From the NCBI GenBank assembly GCA_964270895.1, contig OZ185435.1: DNA of 64,000 nucleotides; one strand, given 5' to 3'. The position numbers and the translations under genes were made by a program. This DNA comes from Podarcis filfolensis (taxonomy: Eukaryota). Every line of letters starts with the position of its first letter. Positions within the stretch are counted from its first letter, which is position 1. Below, in pieces: positions 1 through 12,800 of this stretch. Under the pieces are notes generated by a model. That model was not told the DNA's origin and made no database searches. It saw nothing but the letters and a program-made list of their open reading frames with translations.

Positions 1-584
1 CTTGGGTGTGGGGGAGAGTAACCAGTGGTTAGAGCAGGAACCGGGGAGTCTGTTCTCGAGGTCTGGATGAGGAAGAGGGCCGAATCGTGCATGGCTTTGA
101 TGGCTGCAGGACGAAGCAGAGTCCAGGATGGGGACCGCAAGGGATTCTGTCGCACTTCTTGACAGAGGAATAGCTTATATAGCCTGAGCTCAGGGAAAGG
201 ACTTTGCCCTGCCTTGGAATCGGGCTGAGAATTTTTCAGTGTCAACACACAGTCCTGGAAAATGCAAAGGCAATTATAAAGAGTGTAGGGTCTCTGACCA
301 TGCACAGAATATACTTCTCCTTTACATAGACTTAGGCTCTTTAATGTGTTTGGAGGCAAAGAACTTCCACATGGGAGAAGGCCACCAGCTAGGAGAGTCC
401 AGACACCTTTTTGTGGGGTTTTTTCTCTCAGAAATAAAGTCGTTTTGACTGGTAGCTGGTGTTAGGACAGTAGGTTTGGAGATTGAAGGTCCTAGTCAGC
501 AGCTTGTCTAACAGTCTCTGCTTCTCCTCAGCTCCTTGTTTAGAGCAGCCTGTTAATGCTCTGTGAGCATTGCCCCATGGAACC

Positions 585-3500
585 ATGGGCAGGAAACGGC
601 TAATCACAGACTCCTTCCAAGTGGTGAAGAAGAGGAAAAGAGACAGTAAGGAAACAAAGAAGGCTCAGAGCCCGCTGCACAGTGAGTATTGCTAGGAAGG
701 GATGCGTGAATTTCAGCAGCACCTGGTGCGACACAAAAATTCAGCGCCCCTCACCTCTCTCGCTTCATTTTAAATCATACTTTCAGCGTTCCCTGCGGCA
801 CCCCCAAGGCTCCGTGCGCAGTGCAACCGATCTGGTCGTGCTCCCGTAAACCCTTTTTCTTCTTTGGCGATCTCTCGTAGCCGAGTAAGATTGTCTTCCA
901 TGAACACAATCTTAACAGTGAGTCCATAAGTGACTGTGAGGCCAATTCTGGATCCACACATCCTTCCACAGTGGAAACATAGGTTTCTAGGCGGGAGTTG
1001 ATCATGGTGAGGGTTTGCCAAATGTGTCTTCCTCTTATTGTGTTTCTCCCTTTCATCCTGAGTTCAAGCATCTTCAAAGTTCATGACACCTTTGATAAAG
1101 GCTGTTCTCCAATCGGAGCACTCACAGGCCAGTGTTTCCCAATTGTCAGTTTTTATACTACATTTTAAAAAAATTGCCTTGAGGGAGTCTTTAAACCTCT
1201 TTTGTTGACCACCAGCATTACGCTTTCCATTTTAAGTTCGGAATAGAGTAGTTGCTTTGGAAAACAATACAGTGGTACCTCAGGTTAAGTATTTAATTCG
1301 TTCTGGAGGTCCGTACTTAACCTGAATCTGTTCTTAACCTGAAGCACCACTTTAGCTAATGGGGCCTCCTGCTGCTGCCGCGCCGCCAGAGCACGATTTC
1401 TGTTCTCATCCTGAAGCAAAGTTCTTAACCTGAAGCACTATTTCTGGGTTAGTGGAGTCTGTAACCTGAAGCGTATGTAACCTGAAGCGTATGTAACCTG
1501 AGGTACCACTGTAATCAGGCATCCGCACATGACCAGTCCAACGTAGTTGATGCTGAAGAATCATTGCTTCAACACTGGTGATCTTTACTTCTTCCAGTAC
1601 ACCGGCATTAGTTCACCTGTCTTCCCAAGTGATGTGTAAAAATTTTTAGAGACACCGTTACCATTTGCCGATCGCCATGGGAGTTTTATGGGTTTGGGTT
1701 TGGTATGGGTTTTTGGAAGATGCTTGTGCGTGAATTTGTTTCATGTGTGTAGATCAGTGCATGCTGACCAAAGCACAGTCTTTGCAGTAAGGCTCTATCT
1801 TATCTGCTGCAGCCTTCATCCGCCTTCACAGCCGATGTAACTTGCCACTTGTTATCTGCTGCCTGCTCTGTTGTTGAGGACTTCTTGGATCATTCTTTGT
1901 CTAGCTCCTCCCCTTTGACCTTGCCACCTTGGGTGACCCTGTTGGGAGTACAAGACTCCTCACGGCTTCGCTCACAAGGGTCATAGGCATGTGCAAGCCC
2001 ACTCACTACGACAAGGTGATACCTCTGCTACCAATAGGTAGATAATCTGAATGGGGGAAAGGGTGAAAATCCAGGAGCTTTAGGTGGGGAGTAGATGGGT
2101 GCCCATTGGAGTGCCCTTGAGATTTGCAAGATATCAGTTCTTGCAAACTCTTTCCCTGCATGGTCTTGCTTTGGTCGTCTCCTAGGTTGTTTGTTGGATC
2201 TGCACATAACTCAATACCACGGTTATGCAAGTGAGGGTTAATCAGTAATAGGCTTGCCACTTGCTTAGCTAGCAAGTTGCTATAGTACAGTGGTGATGAA
2301 CTGTTGCACAGGATTGCTGTAAAACTGAAGTATTTGAAAAATCATTTAGCAGGAAGTAAAATTATATGAAACATATACTGTACTCCCAAAAGGTGGGGAA
2401 CCCTCCACAGAAGAGGAGCATTCTCAATGAGCAATGGATTAATTATGTTAGTGTTGTTTCCTTCAGTCAGCACATGTTGTGTGTGTTCATATTTACATGA
2501 GATCGAAGTGTGGGTGAAGAGATGCTAAAAAAACACAGGCAGAGTTATACGGGTTGTAGAGCAAGCCAGAGATAACTAATGTAATGGTGTTGGCTAAAGA
2601 ATTATGTTAAGCCTTTCCTGCACACTCATTTCATACAAGGGCTCTCCATAATGCGGTGATAATCATCCATTTCTCTCTGATCAGATGCAGTGACAGTCCA
2701 GGCAGTCCAAGATGCTGTACATCCAGACCAGCTGGAGACACTAAAGCAATTTGACCTCAGCTGGCAGTACGGCCCCTGTACAGGTAAGAAATTCCAATCA
2801 TGCTGCTACTACAACTGAGCCAAAGTACACATCACTACAATGAAAGCATAGGTTTTCCCTGCCTCCCTCCATGCACAATTTTAGATATACCTCCATGGGG
2901 CAGGGACCAGTCTCCCTATGCTCTGTTAAAGTGTTACATTATAATTAGTGGCAGCATACCAGGAAAAGGGGTCTCCTAGTTAATTCTCAAGTTCATCTAG
3001 TGGCAGTAGACTTGCAAGGAAGGTGGTTGAAGATCGCTGGTGTTGAAGAGGCCACTTTGAGAGACCTTTTTTCCCCTGACAGGAATCACCCGTTTGCAGC
3101 GCTGGGAGAGGGCAGAGTTACTGGGTCTCAACCCCCCTGCTATGGTGCGGGAATTGCTAGAGAAGCACAACAAGGACCCTCTCGTTACATACAGGTTAGT
3201 ATAGAAAAGCTGCTCTGTCCTTCTCAGCCACTGGATGGAAGTATCTGTTCTAGGGTAATGAGATCTGGAAGAGGAAGACTATTGAGGTTGGGCTTGGTGG
3301 TGCAAGGCCATGGCAGTGCTAACTAGGTCACATGATAATTTGGCTAAGCTCTGGGCATCTTTTATTCACAACTGTATGAATGAGGAGTAACTGTATCACA
3401 AGAGGTAATACACAAAATGAACTGGGCAAATGGAAGTATGAGCTCAGCAAAGGTCAAGTAAAATCCATAACTCACCTATTGGGGATTATAATAGGAAAGG

Positions 3501-4026
3501 GATCAGTAGCCAAGAACAAGCAATTCTCCTGTATTTGCAGCTTCCGCCAGGGTATTTGGTAGACTGTCCTGGCCATTTCATGGTAGGAAGTCCTAGTGGC
3601 CAAGATTGTCATGAAGCAGAGGCGCTTATGAAGTTGACATTTGGCAGTCAGCTTGCATGATGTGTGAGAACCTTGCCGAAGAATGAGATTTTTGCTTCAC
3701 CTTTGCTGTACTTCCAACCCACAACATTTACTATGACTCCATTTGCTCATTGCTTCAAATGGAGTCGTAGTAAATGCTGTGGGTCGCCACCTTCTCTCTG
3801 GCCAATGACTTCCTAGAATTGAAAGCTGAGAGCTGTGGCCTCCCCACAGATCATTTGCTTATACTGACTGTAAAACATGCACCATTGCTGCTGTTGTGCT
3901 GCCCATGCCTGCTGTTTGGCACAGTAGGTGGAGGAGGCATGTAAGATGCCAAGTCAGGATTCTTTCAGACAGTAACCATGTTCCATATGCTTCCCTTGCA
4001 GCCTGTGGCATGGATATTGCCTCTGA
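585..4026 (+). CDS. POLD4: DNA polymerase delta subunit 4 (p12), 4 coding exons, 110 aa
   Basis: Exons 585-681, 2685-2783, 3083-3194, 4002-4026 (333 nt), all introns GT-AG and in phase. Translation MGRKRLITDSFQVVKKRK...LKQFDLSWQYGPCTGITRLQRWERAELLGLNPP...SLWHGYCL*. The N-terminal PIP-degron-like RKRLITDSF and the QFDLxWQYGPCTGITRLQRW motif are diagnostic of p12. A splice acceptor (ctcctcag, 530-531) implies a non-coding first exon upstream of the window. Confidence 0.96.
870..2260 (-). mobile_element. Degraded RTE-clade LINE remnant in POLD4 intron 1
   Basis: The minus strand has an RTE-like 5' region (accttgtcgtagtgagtgggcttgc...cagggtcacccaaggtggcaaggtc) and an RTE-like C-terminus (CFHCGRMCGSRIGL, ggaagacaatcttactcggctacgag). 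It is interrupted by a MITE at 1270-1511. Family is from recall and boundaries are approximate. Confidence 0.55.
1270..1511. mobile_element. Tc1/mariner-pogo (Tigger-like) MITE
   Basis: Perfect TIR CAGTGGTACCTCAGGTTA / TAACCTGAGGTACCACTG, flanked by TA at 1268-1269 and 1512-1513; internal tandem TGTAACCTGAAGCGTA. Confidence 0.9.
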
Positions 4027-4407
4027 GAGGAAAATGTGATGGTATCTCAGCCTGAGAAGTCCCTGAGTTTTGACGGTATTGGAGAACTCCTTCATTCCTA
4101 TCATGGAGATTCTTTGCTTGGACGTAACAGCCCTAAAAAGATGCCAAGGTCTACTAGCTGGTCTCCACTTATGGGTTCTGGCCCTAATCAAAGCTTCTTA
4201 GGGAGTACTTAGATGGCTGAGGTCAAATGAAGGTGAGGATTGACTTGGATCAATATGCTGTGCTGGGGGAAAGAATCCCAAAAACTAGGTGACTAGTTCT
4301 TGGAAGCCAAGCTTAGTATGGCACTGCATCCTGTTTATTTTACTGTTGTGTGCTCTTTGCAAACTTGCTTGGTTTGTTGAACTGGCTTTCAAGTTAATTG
4401 ACTGAGA

Positions 4408-4413
4408 AATAAA
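4408..4413 (+). terminator. Likely POLD4 polyadenylation signal AATAAA
   Basis: First AATAAA I found downstream of the POLD4 stop codon at 4026. Confidence 0.6.
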
Positions 4414-6879
4414 ACACTTGCACATCCAACAGCTACATGTGTCAATGGGACCACATCTGAATAGTTTGTGTAACATTATTCTCCCCACCCTGCTCAAGGA
4501 AGATGTACAGACTCTTCAACTCCATCACCAACAGAGAGATCTATTGCATACCTCCCTGCCTGCTGCCCAGCTGAGTAGCACTATGAACAACTGAATAGTG
4601 TGCCCTCCCCCCCACAACTGAAGTGCTATTTGGCTATTCCTAGGCCTTAGCAGCTGAGCAGTGGGGATGGCTGGGCAGAAGTTGGTTGTGGGATGGTTTC
4701 TGAATTGCGAAAAAGGAAAACAACACTTAAAGATTACTCAAATGTATTTTAGTGACATACGTGGAACATACAGAAATAGTGCTAAAATTACAAAATGATA
4801 TAGAAACACAAGAAATCTCAAATGGTCCACTGAATATTTTTCAAGATAGAATTCATAATTCATGTGTGCTCTCATTCTTGTTTTAATACACGTTAACTGA
4901 AGAAATCCTACAGGACTGGAGGAAGTAAAGTGCTATCAGTAATTACATCTAGGTGAGCAAGTACTGGAAGTCTCTTCTGCAGTAAACCTCCCATGCTGAA
5001 CAGTGAAAGGGTCAGCTGTATTGTGCATTAACTTCACATAAATGCAGAGTGGTTACCTTCAGCTAATGCAGACTCTTAAAAAGCACCACCATCATTCATG
5101 AGTAAAAGAGGTACAGAAAAGGGACATCCAACATCCCAGACTGAAAGCACACCTGGGCTTGAAGTAGATTTTGTATATTGAGGTCAGTCTTCCATGGGAA
5201 TCAATCTGTTGCCCATTCCTTAGTAAAAGTGGCTGATGGAAAACTGCCATACTATTACTATATTCCTATAGGATAATAGAATAGCTTTTTTGGTTTTGTT
5301 GCTGAAAGTTTTGGGCCTGTAGCAGAATGAAGAAATAATAAATCAGTAAAAAGAAAAGGAAACCATACACACCTAGGTCAGATCTCAACAACGAGCCCCA
5401 TGTTGGGTGAGAGATTCCTGCATTGCAAGGGGTTGGACTAGATGATCCCATGGTCCCTTCCAACTCTTTCTCTCGTGTATTTCTCGACACATAAGTATTA
5501 GAATATCTTGTATGCAAACAGCTAGAACAATTTCCAATCATCAAAGGCTTTCATCTGGTAATGAAAGATAAAGCTATAGAGCTTACCCATCAAGAATGAA
5601 AAGGATCTATGCACCGCCACAGTTCCTGCTAGTTTCAATGGTTGTACCTGTTAACTGGGGGAAGGTGGGGTGGGGGGGATAGAGGTGTGACTTTTGGATT
5701 GTCTGTTATCAGGTGCCAAAATGTCCAGAGCTACTTCAGATATTACTCAAAACTCTGGAAAGGGTAAAAAAGCCTTTTCCCTAGTTTAGTCAGCTAGGCT
5801 CCTGTTCCTGTAGACATTAGCTTTATGACTAACTTGGGAGTTTGGAATGAGGTATTGCCATTTGCAGAAGGTTATGCAATCATACAGTTACAGTAGTGGA
5901 GACAGAACAGGTTGCCTATCAGTGGTTAGGTGGTGTCTTCCCCATCACACAACCTCCTTGTGGTCAGATGTCAAGAGTTGTTGTACATTAGCTGGTAGCC
6001 TAGAACAAAGTTTGGCAAACATAATACAGGATGTGTTATGCATAAATAAACTCCAGATTCCACGCCAAGCTAATATGTAACTTGAGAAAAGAAACATGAG
6101 CATGGGGGATGGAGAATGGCAGGCATAGGCTATGCTGTAGACTGAAGGTGTGATGATACTGTTTGCTCTCAGGATTGTACCATCAAATACTGAGCTGAAG
6201 TCAGATTCCACCCCCTGTAAAAATTCAGCAGATCTACAGAAAATACACAGTCCTACAAAAGGTCTCTGAGCTAAAAAGAAAGATGGGAGAAATTGATCCT
6301 CTACACCCCAGAAAGGGTTCATGGGTATGGTTGCATAGGTAAAATCTGCCATCAACATATACTGCATGGGGGGGGGGGGGGGCGACGACACTTAGCCACA
6401 AACACTCAAATTTAGGGAGGAACAAAGCCATGAATCATACAGAGGAAGTATCTCTCTATGTATTGAGAAGGCCTGCAAGAATCACTTTCACTGCCCTCTG
6501 GTGGGAAAACACAGGAAATGGAGGCCACACTAATTCTTATGCGGCTAATCTTTCACCCCAGTTCTGAAAGAGGCTAAAGCCATGGCTGGCATCCTACATC
6601 TGGCAATTAAATCTGCATTCTGGCTCTGTGTCTTGCCTTATCCCCCACATCCCCCACTCTACTACCTGAAGTTCTGCAAAAAGAGAGAGAGTATTAAGAG
6701 GTGTCCAGCACCAAAATGAATACTCAGAGATTCTCTGCTCTGGCAATCTAAACCCCAATACTGTCTAACTTAAGCTTCTTTGTTGCATGGCAAATGAATT
6801 CCTGAGATAGAGGTCCCTGCTGCTGGCTTTCCTGGTAGTGTGTGAGGATGTCCACATAGCACTGGACCTGGTCTTCATC

Positions 6880-9800
6880 CTAGCTGTTGCTCTTGCAGTG
6901 TGGAGGGCCAGCTACTGCTTGCAGGGCTTGTTCACGCAACTGGGTTGGACGAGTCAGTATGGATGTGATCTTGCTTAGCTGCAGGAGGGAGCCAGAGATA
7001 GCTGTGGGACAAAAAACCAAAACAGTAACAATGAACTCAATGCAGACACTTTTTCCTAATTCCTAGAAAGAGAATCCTTTCAAGTCTTCTGGAAGTATCA
7101 GGAATAGAAGACTTGTGAGAACAGCTGGCATCTCCAGCTAGATTTTTTCCCTAAACACCACAAAGCCAGGTAACTCCTAATGTCACATCTGGGCCTTGCT
7201 TTAAGGCAGTGCCCAATAATCTTGCTTCAGGGCAAGGAAAGGATCATAGTGATGGGCAATTATGTCTAGTAACTTAGCAAGGGAAAAGGGAATTGGGAAT
7301 GTGGAGTATAATTGGTAAGCCATGGTTCTGCGCCACTCTCTTAGTTATGTGTGAACGTAAGAGTACTTCAAGCAGGAGTAGGATGGGTGAATGATACACA
7401 AGCACGTGCTAGATTTCAGAGCAGAAGGTAGGCAAGGATCATTGAAAGCCATGGGGGGGAAAGAGATGGGTCAGTGAAGGGAAAGACATTTCTAGATTTC
7501 CCTGTTGATCCATACCAGGGCGCAAGATGGGCAGGGTGCAGTGCTGCTCCAACCAGCTCAACACTGAGTCGCAGAATTCCTTGATGTTGCCTGTGCTTAC
7601 TGTCCTGGTGTAGCTCTCAAAGAGTGGCTTAATCACCATGCTGAACTGCAGGTTGGAAGAGGTTAAGGAGCCTATGCAGCCAAGTCTCCCTGCTCCCCTT
7701 AAGCACCCAGCAGGCCACTGATGTCATGCCAAATACCTCCCCTTGCTTTCTTTCTTGCACCCTAACCTGTCCCACCCCATCCCACATGCTCACTGGTGGA
7801 TACAAGCCAGAAGCGCCAGTCCTGCAGGGTGCGCTTGCGCACATACTCTTCATAGAGTTGAGAAGCCTGATCCGACTGTGGTGGCAGCACAGGAGCTCCC
7901 GTAGGTGGAAGCTGGCGCTGGAAGTCACTGCAGGGAAGAGAAAACCCACAACTTGTTGACAGGAGTTCCCCTCTCACCTTTCAACTTGTATCCCTGATCC
8001 AATGAAAACCCCTTAAGCCAGCCCCGCAACTCACTCAATGGCAGTGCTCAGCTCTTTGATTTCCCCACGTAGTCTTTCAACTGTCTCCTGAGCTTGTCGG
8101 CGCTCATGCTGCAGTCTTTCCACATGTGCCGCACTTTTCTGCAGGAGCATCGCTTTGCTGAACTGGGGAGGTGAGGGGGTGGAGTAAAGGCGTAAAATGG
8201 ATTGGGAGGGCAAAGACCACAAGAATGGCTCCAGCAGGTTCACAAAGCAAATTGGGAGGACTGGACAAACAGCAGAGAATATGTGCCCTTCCACCCTCTG
8301 GTACAGTGGGGGATGCGTACCTTACTGCTGCTTTGATCAGGTCCTGTCAACACGAGAGTGGCAAGAGTGTTGAAGCCGGAGCTGATGACCCTACGGCGGG
8401 CATAGTCAGCCGAGGTAAGTGTTGATCTGCGACTTCCCTGCAAGAGCCAATCAAGCCATGATTTGAGACACTGCCAGGTGACTACACCTTTGGCTGTCGT
8501 CTTTTCCCACAATGCTCAAGCCAACAAGATGGGGTACAGTGGTGTGGGTATCCTTATTACCTTGGCAGTACAGCATTTGTCCACTTCCTGGGGTTTGCAG
8601 AGAGTGTTGTCCTCAGCTCTCTCCTTGGTTTTGGCGCCTGAAATAATCCCAAAAATACTGGGGTAGCCGAGTTCCTCTTAAGGTGTGTATTCAATTTCTA
8701 CTTTGGCACAGCATATAGACCAATCCAGTGAAAGCGGGTGAGATATCTCTAAGAAGAGAGGCCGAGTGACTTTGCACCCTCCTGAGCCAGCTTACCAGTG
8801 TCAGGGGAAGCAGCAGCAGAGGCAAGTGGAGGAGACTTCACTGTTGCCGAGAATGAGTTCAGCATATTCGCAGGGGGCTTTGGGACGCCACACACCTGTG
8901 GGAGAGGAAAAGCAGGGTTGAGAGAAAGAGAGAGCAGCCAAACAGAAAGATAGAAAAATACGCCGCCTGTCAACTCCAAGGAGGCAAAAAGCAGAACAGA
9001 GATAGAAGGCCTCGCAGAAGGAAGGTGGCAGAGGAGAGCATCCTTACCTGCACAGAGTTCATGACTGGAGTGAGGGGCAGTGGGGCAGGACCTAGAGATG
9101 AAAGAGATGTTCTTATTTTCCCAGCCTCTATGTATTAACCCCCAATGCATGTACAAAACTTGGCTGGCTGAAGCAGCATCACTCACTCCCTGTAACTACA
9201 CAGCTTCAGTTTAGCTGCTCACCAGTAGACCAAGTTTTTGAATGTGGCAGAATTTATTTAATGAAAAGGAGTCTGCTGCTTTATGAAATTCCACCCACCA
9301 CAACTGAAAATACAATTCGGGCCAATGATCTCTACTTAAATGCATGGCACCCTACCCACCAGAGAGGCCAATGAGCATCCTTGCCTCAGGGATCCCTTCC
9401 AAAACATCCCTAGGCCTGGTTTCCCCATAACCATTAGCGTCTCATAAAATTCCTGCATGTACCAGCCAATCTGACACCAACTGTTTGGTACCCACTTTGC
9501 CATCAGACACACGAGGATAGGAATTCTGGACCTTTATGTGTGAGTTTTAAATGGGGTAGAGAGGAAAGTTTCATAGTTACAGATTCTCTCTTCATAATGC
9601 TTGCACATTAGAAGACTCTACAGTTCTTGACAACTTTCCCCGTTCGAAAAAGCTACAAGGCACAAGAGCCTTGTTCTGAATTGGGTCAAGAAAATCTGTG
9701 CTCACTTGTAGATTTAAAAGAAATTAAAATATAACTTTAAAAAGCTAGTAAATATGCATAGTTATGTTAATGAGCTGTCATTTCACTTCTACTAATGAGT

Positions 9801-12800
9801 TGAAAGTTTTATGTTTAACTATGAAGCATTTGGACGGATGTTAACATTTGTAGTTTTGCTTGATTTACCTGGTTCAAACTGCTGGCTGCATCGAAACAAA
9901 AAGCTTAACTACACTCCGGAGAAGCAAGAAGGGGATCAAAGCAGGAATCTGGGCATAGAGGACTTTTTCTTTCCCTTTCCAAACAGCAGCTCCCAGACAT
10001 CTTTACACATATGTATAGTTGCAAGTAAGATTGCCACCTTAAATCCGTCTCCAATACCTGTAGACTAACTGAACCACTTTCCTATTCTACAGACTAGGCA
10101 GTACATAGCTTTGACACACAATTTCTGCAAGGCTAAACCCTAAATCCACTGAAGGAGATGCAGGCACTGTTACGTAATGCCTATCAGCTCAAGTCAGATA
10201 CAGTGGTACCTTGGTTTTTGAACGTCTCCGTTGACAAACATTTCAGTTTTTGAACGCCGGAAACCCAAAAATAAATGCTTTGGTTTTCAAACACGCCTCG
10301 GAAGTTGAACATGCCACGCGGCTTCTGTACTGAGTTTTCCATACTCAGTTCCATACCGAGTTTTCGGTTTTCGAACGTTTCAGAACTCAAACGGTCTTCT
10401 GGAACGGATTACATTCGAAAATCGAGGTACCACTGTATATAATTTTAAAATTCTGCAGTAACACAAAAAACTATCTCCCTGGACCACATATTTTATTTTT
10501 CCAGTACAGAAAAATGCTTTTGCTTCCAATGATTCCCAAGTATGAAGCTAAACTCCAGCTTCAGATAATTATATCAAAATAAACACTAATAATGCATGCA
10601 GTGTTTAAATTAGGTATTCCAAAAGTTGATCCTTGTGAGATTTGCTTGAGAAAACAACAACCAAAAAGAAAGGAGAATTCTGCAGTATGACTTAAAACTC
10701 CAAATGGATCTAGAGAAGCATTGTAGTCTAGGTCAGCGATGCCTCAATTTCCCCTGCAGAGAGCCAGTCCTTGCAGGGACATACCAGTTGCAAGCAGGCA
10801 GGGGAGCGGAGCACCGGGAAGGGCTGGCTGCTGGCTAGAGGAGGGTGCTGGAGCAATCCGCTGGAGGTGTCTGCATTTCCCATCCTTGGGTGGAGGAGCA
10901 GAGACTGGCACAGCAAAAGCGTCCCGAAATACAGACGGAGAATTTGTTTCTGATCCTGTGTGCGTGATGACAGAGAAGACCAAAGTGGTTTGAGGCTGCA
11001 TGCGCAAGATGGGAGAGACAGGCGGCGGGCTGATCCTCAGTGGGGAGGTGGGGAAGAATGGCAGGAAGGTCTGCTGTCCATTCAAAGGTACAGGCGGCTC
11101 CACATCCAGTGAGATGGGAATGGGGTTGAGAGAGTCTCCAGGCGGTGGGAGATCCTTGGTCCCAGGGGCAATGAGAGGTGTATCTGGGTTGCACTGGTTC
11201 AAAGCACTAGCATCCGTTACTGCAGGAGCCTAAGAGGGGGGAGAAGAGAGTGCAAATCAAACACAACTCCTGAGTCCAAGCTGGAGATGGCTGCACTGAA
11301 AATCATTTAAGTGGGAGAACTCCCACTGCTCAGTTTTTTTGCAATGCTGAGAAAAGGCTATTGCCTTTCCAAAATCAAAATTAAGCACAGACCAATATCT
11401 GCAGTAAGCATCAGGGGCTGCAGAAGCCCAAGGAGTTTGTAAGCTATCAGATAAATTTATTCTCCTTACCTGGATCGTGGGCTGAGAACGACAGGAAGTG
11501 ATGAATTCTGTGAAAAGAAAGCAAAGATTTAAAAGGCTGGGAGGAGATAAAGAGCAACTGGTAGAAAATAACTGGCTGGTGTGTCTGAATCAATTAAGCA
11601 AGGAATCATCAGGATTTCACCATACAGGTAGTATGCTGGCTGTTTGGCCTTAATTCATTCATTCACATCCACCATACAAGAAGACATCAATTGGTGGTTT
11701 CGAAGAAAGATGAGACCTAAAATCCAGGATATGTCAACTAAACCATTTGGTAGAGAAACTCAAGTCAAGAACTGGAGCAATATGCAGGTGGGGGCTGCTA
11801 ATTTCAGAGTTATGTGACGGAGTGGCAGGAATGAGACTGAAATAAGCTCAATATGTAGATGCTATACTTGCAAGTAGAAATTTTGAGATGACAAATTCGT
11901 AAGTTTAGGATTTTTCAAATTAAGAATTCATACAAGATTAATTTGCCTACTTTATTCTTCCTGTGAAAAGGGGATATAGAGTGCCTCTGAAGAATTTGTC
12001 CTGGCTGATTCAGAAAATGGGATAGGGGACAAACAATATATAAAGCACAGTATGCATGTGATTATATGGAGAATGAGTCTTCTATTAGAGCATTGGACGC
12101 CCAAAAGAGGATTTTTATGTGCACACTGACTGATTTAAATAATGTCTAGTCTTACCAGGACGTATCATGTTTGCTCAGCAGCATTCTGCTCTGGCCTTGG
12201 GTGAACTAGAATTTCAGCAATGTCAGGTTGGAAATAGTCTCCTCTCACCAGTGATAGCTTTCAGCCCACTTTGGTGACCCAGACTCAGATGTTATTTACT
12301 TTTGAGCTCACAAGTTAATCTTTCAAAACTGGTGATTAACTTGTGGGCTTAAAATAATAATAATACATGTTTCTATTTGATTTTTGGGCCTTGATGACAC
12401 ACTTTTCATATTTTGTTCAGTTTTCTCCCTAACAGTGAATTTAGTAAATATGCAAGCTGCAATTCTGAGGAATCCAAGGGCTCTTTTACAGATAAACACT
12501 GCAGGGAATTGCAGCTGATCAGGAGATCCTGGCAGCATGTACCCAGTAGCATTTATAAACAAACTGAATTCTTTTAAGTGTGTACAGTATGGATACATAA
12601 TTTAAACACAGTCTGAAGTGGTCTTAAGAAGCCATACAAAGTGCTTCAGAGGATGTCCTTCAGCTTTGTGATGCGCCACCTTACCACTAAGTACAGCCAT
12701 ATAAACCTCTGCTATTACCTTGAATGGGGTCCAAGTCCATAAACTCCTCCCCAAAGATGGGGTGCAGTTGGGTCAGGGTGGGCTGGATCATATCCGCATT

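Noticed and set aside
9850-9960. Donor-like CAG|GTAAAT in Mondo-like intron 9
   Set aside because: Each upstream acceptor I tried gave a stop or the wrong phase, and exons 9 and 10 already join in frame.
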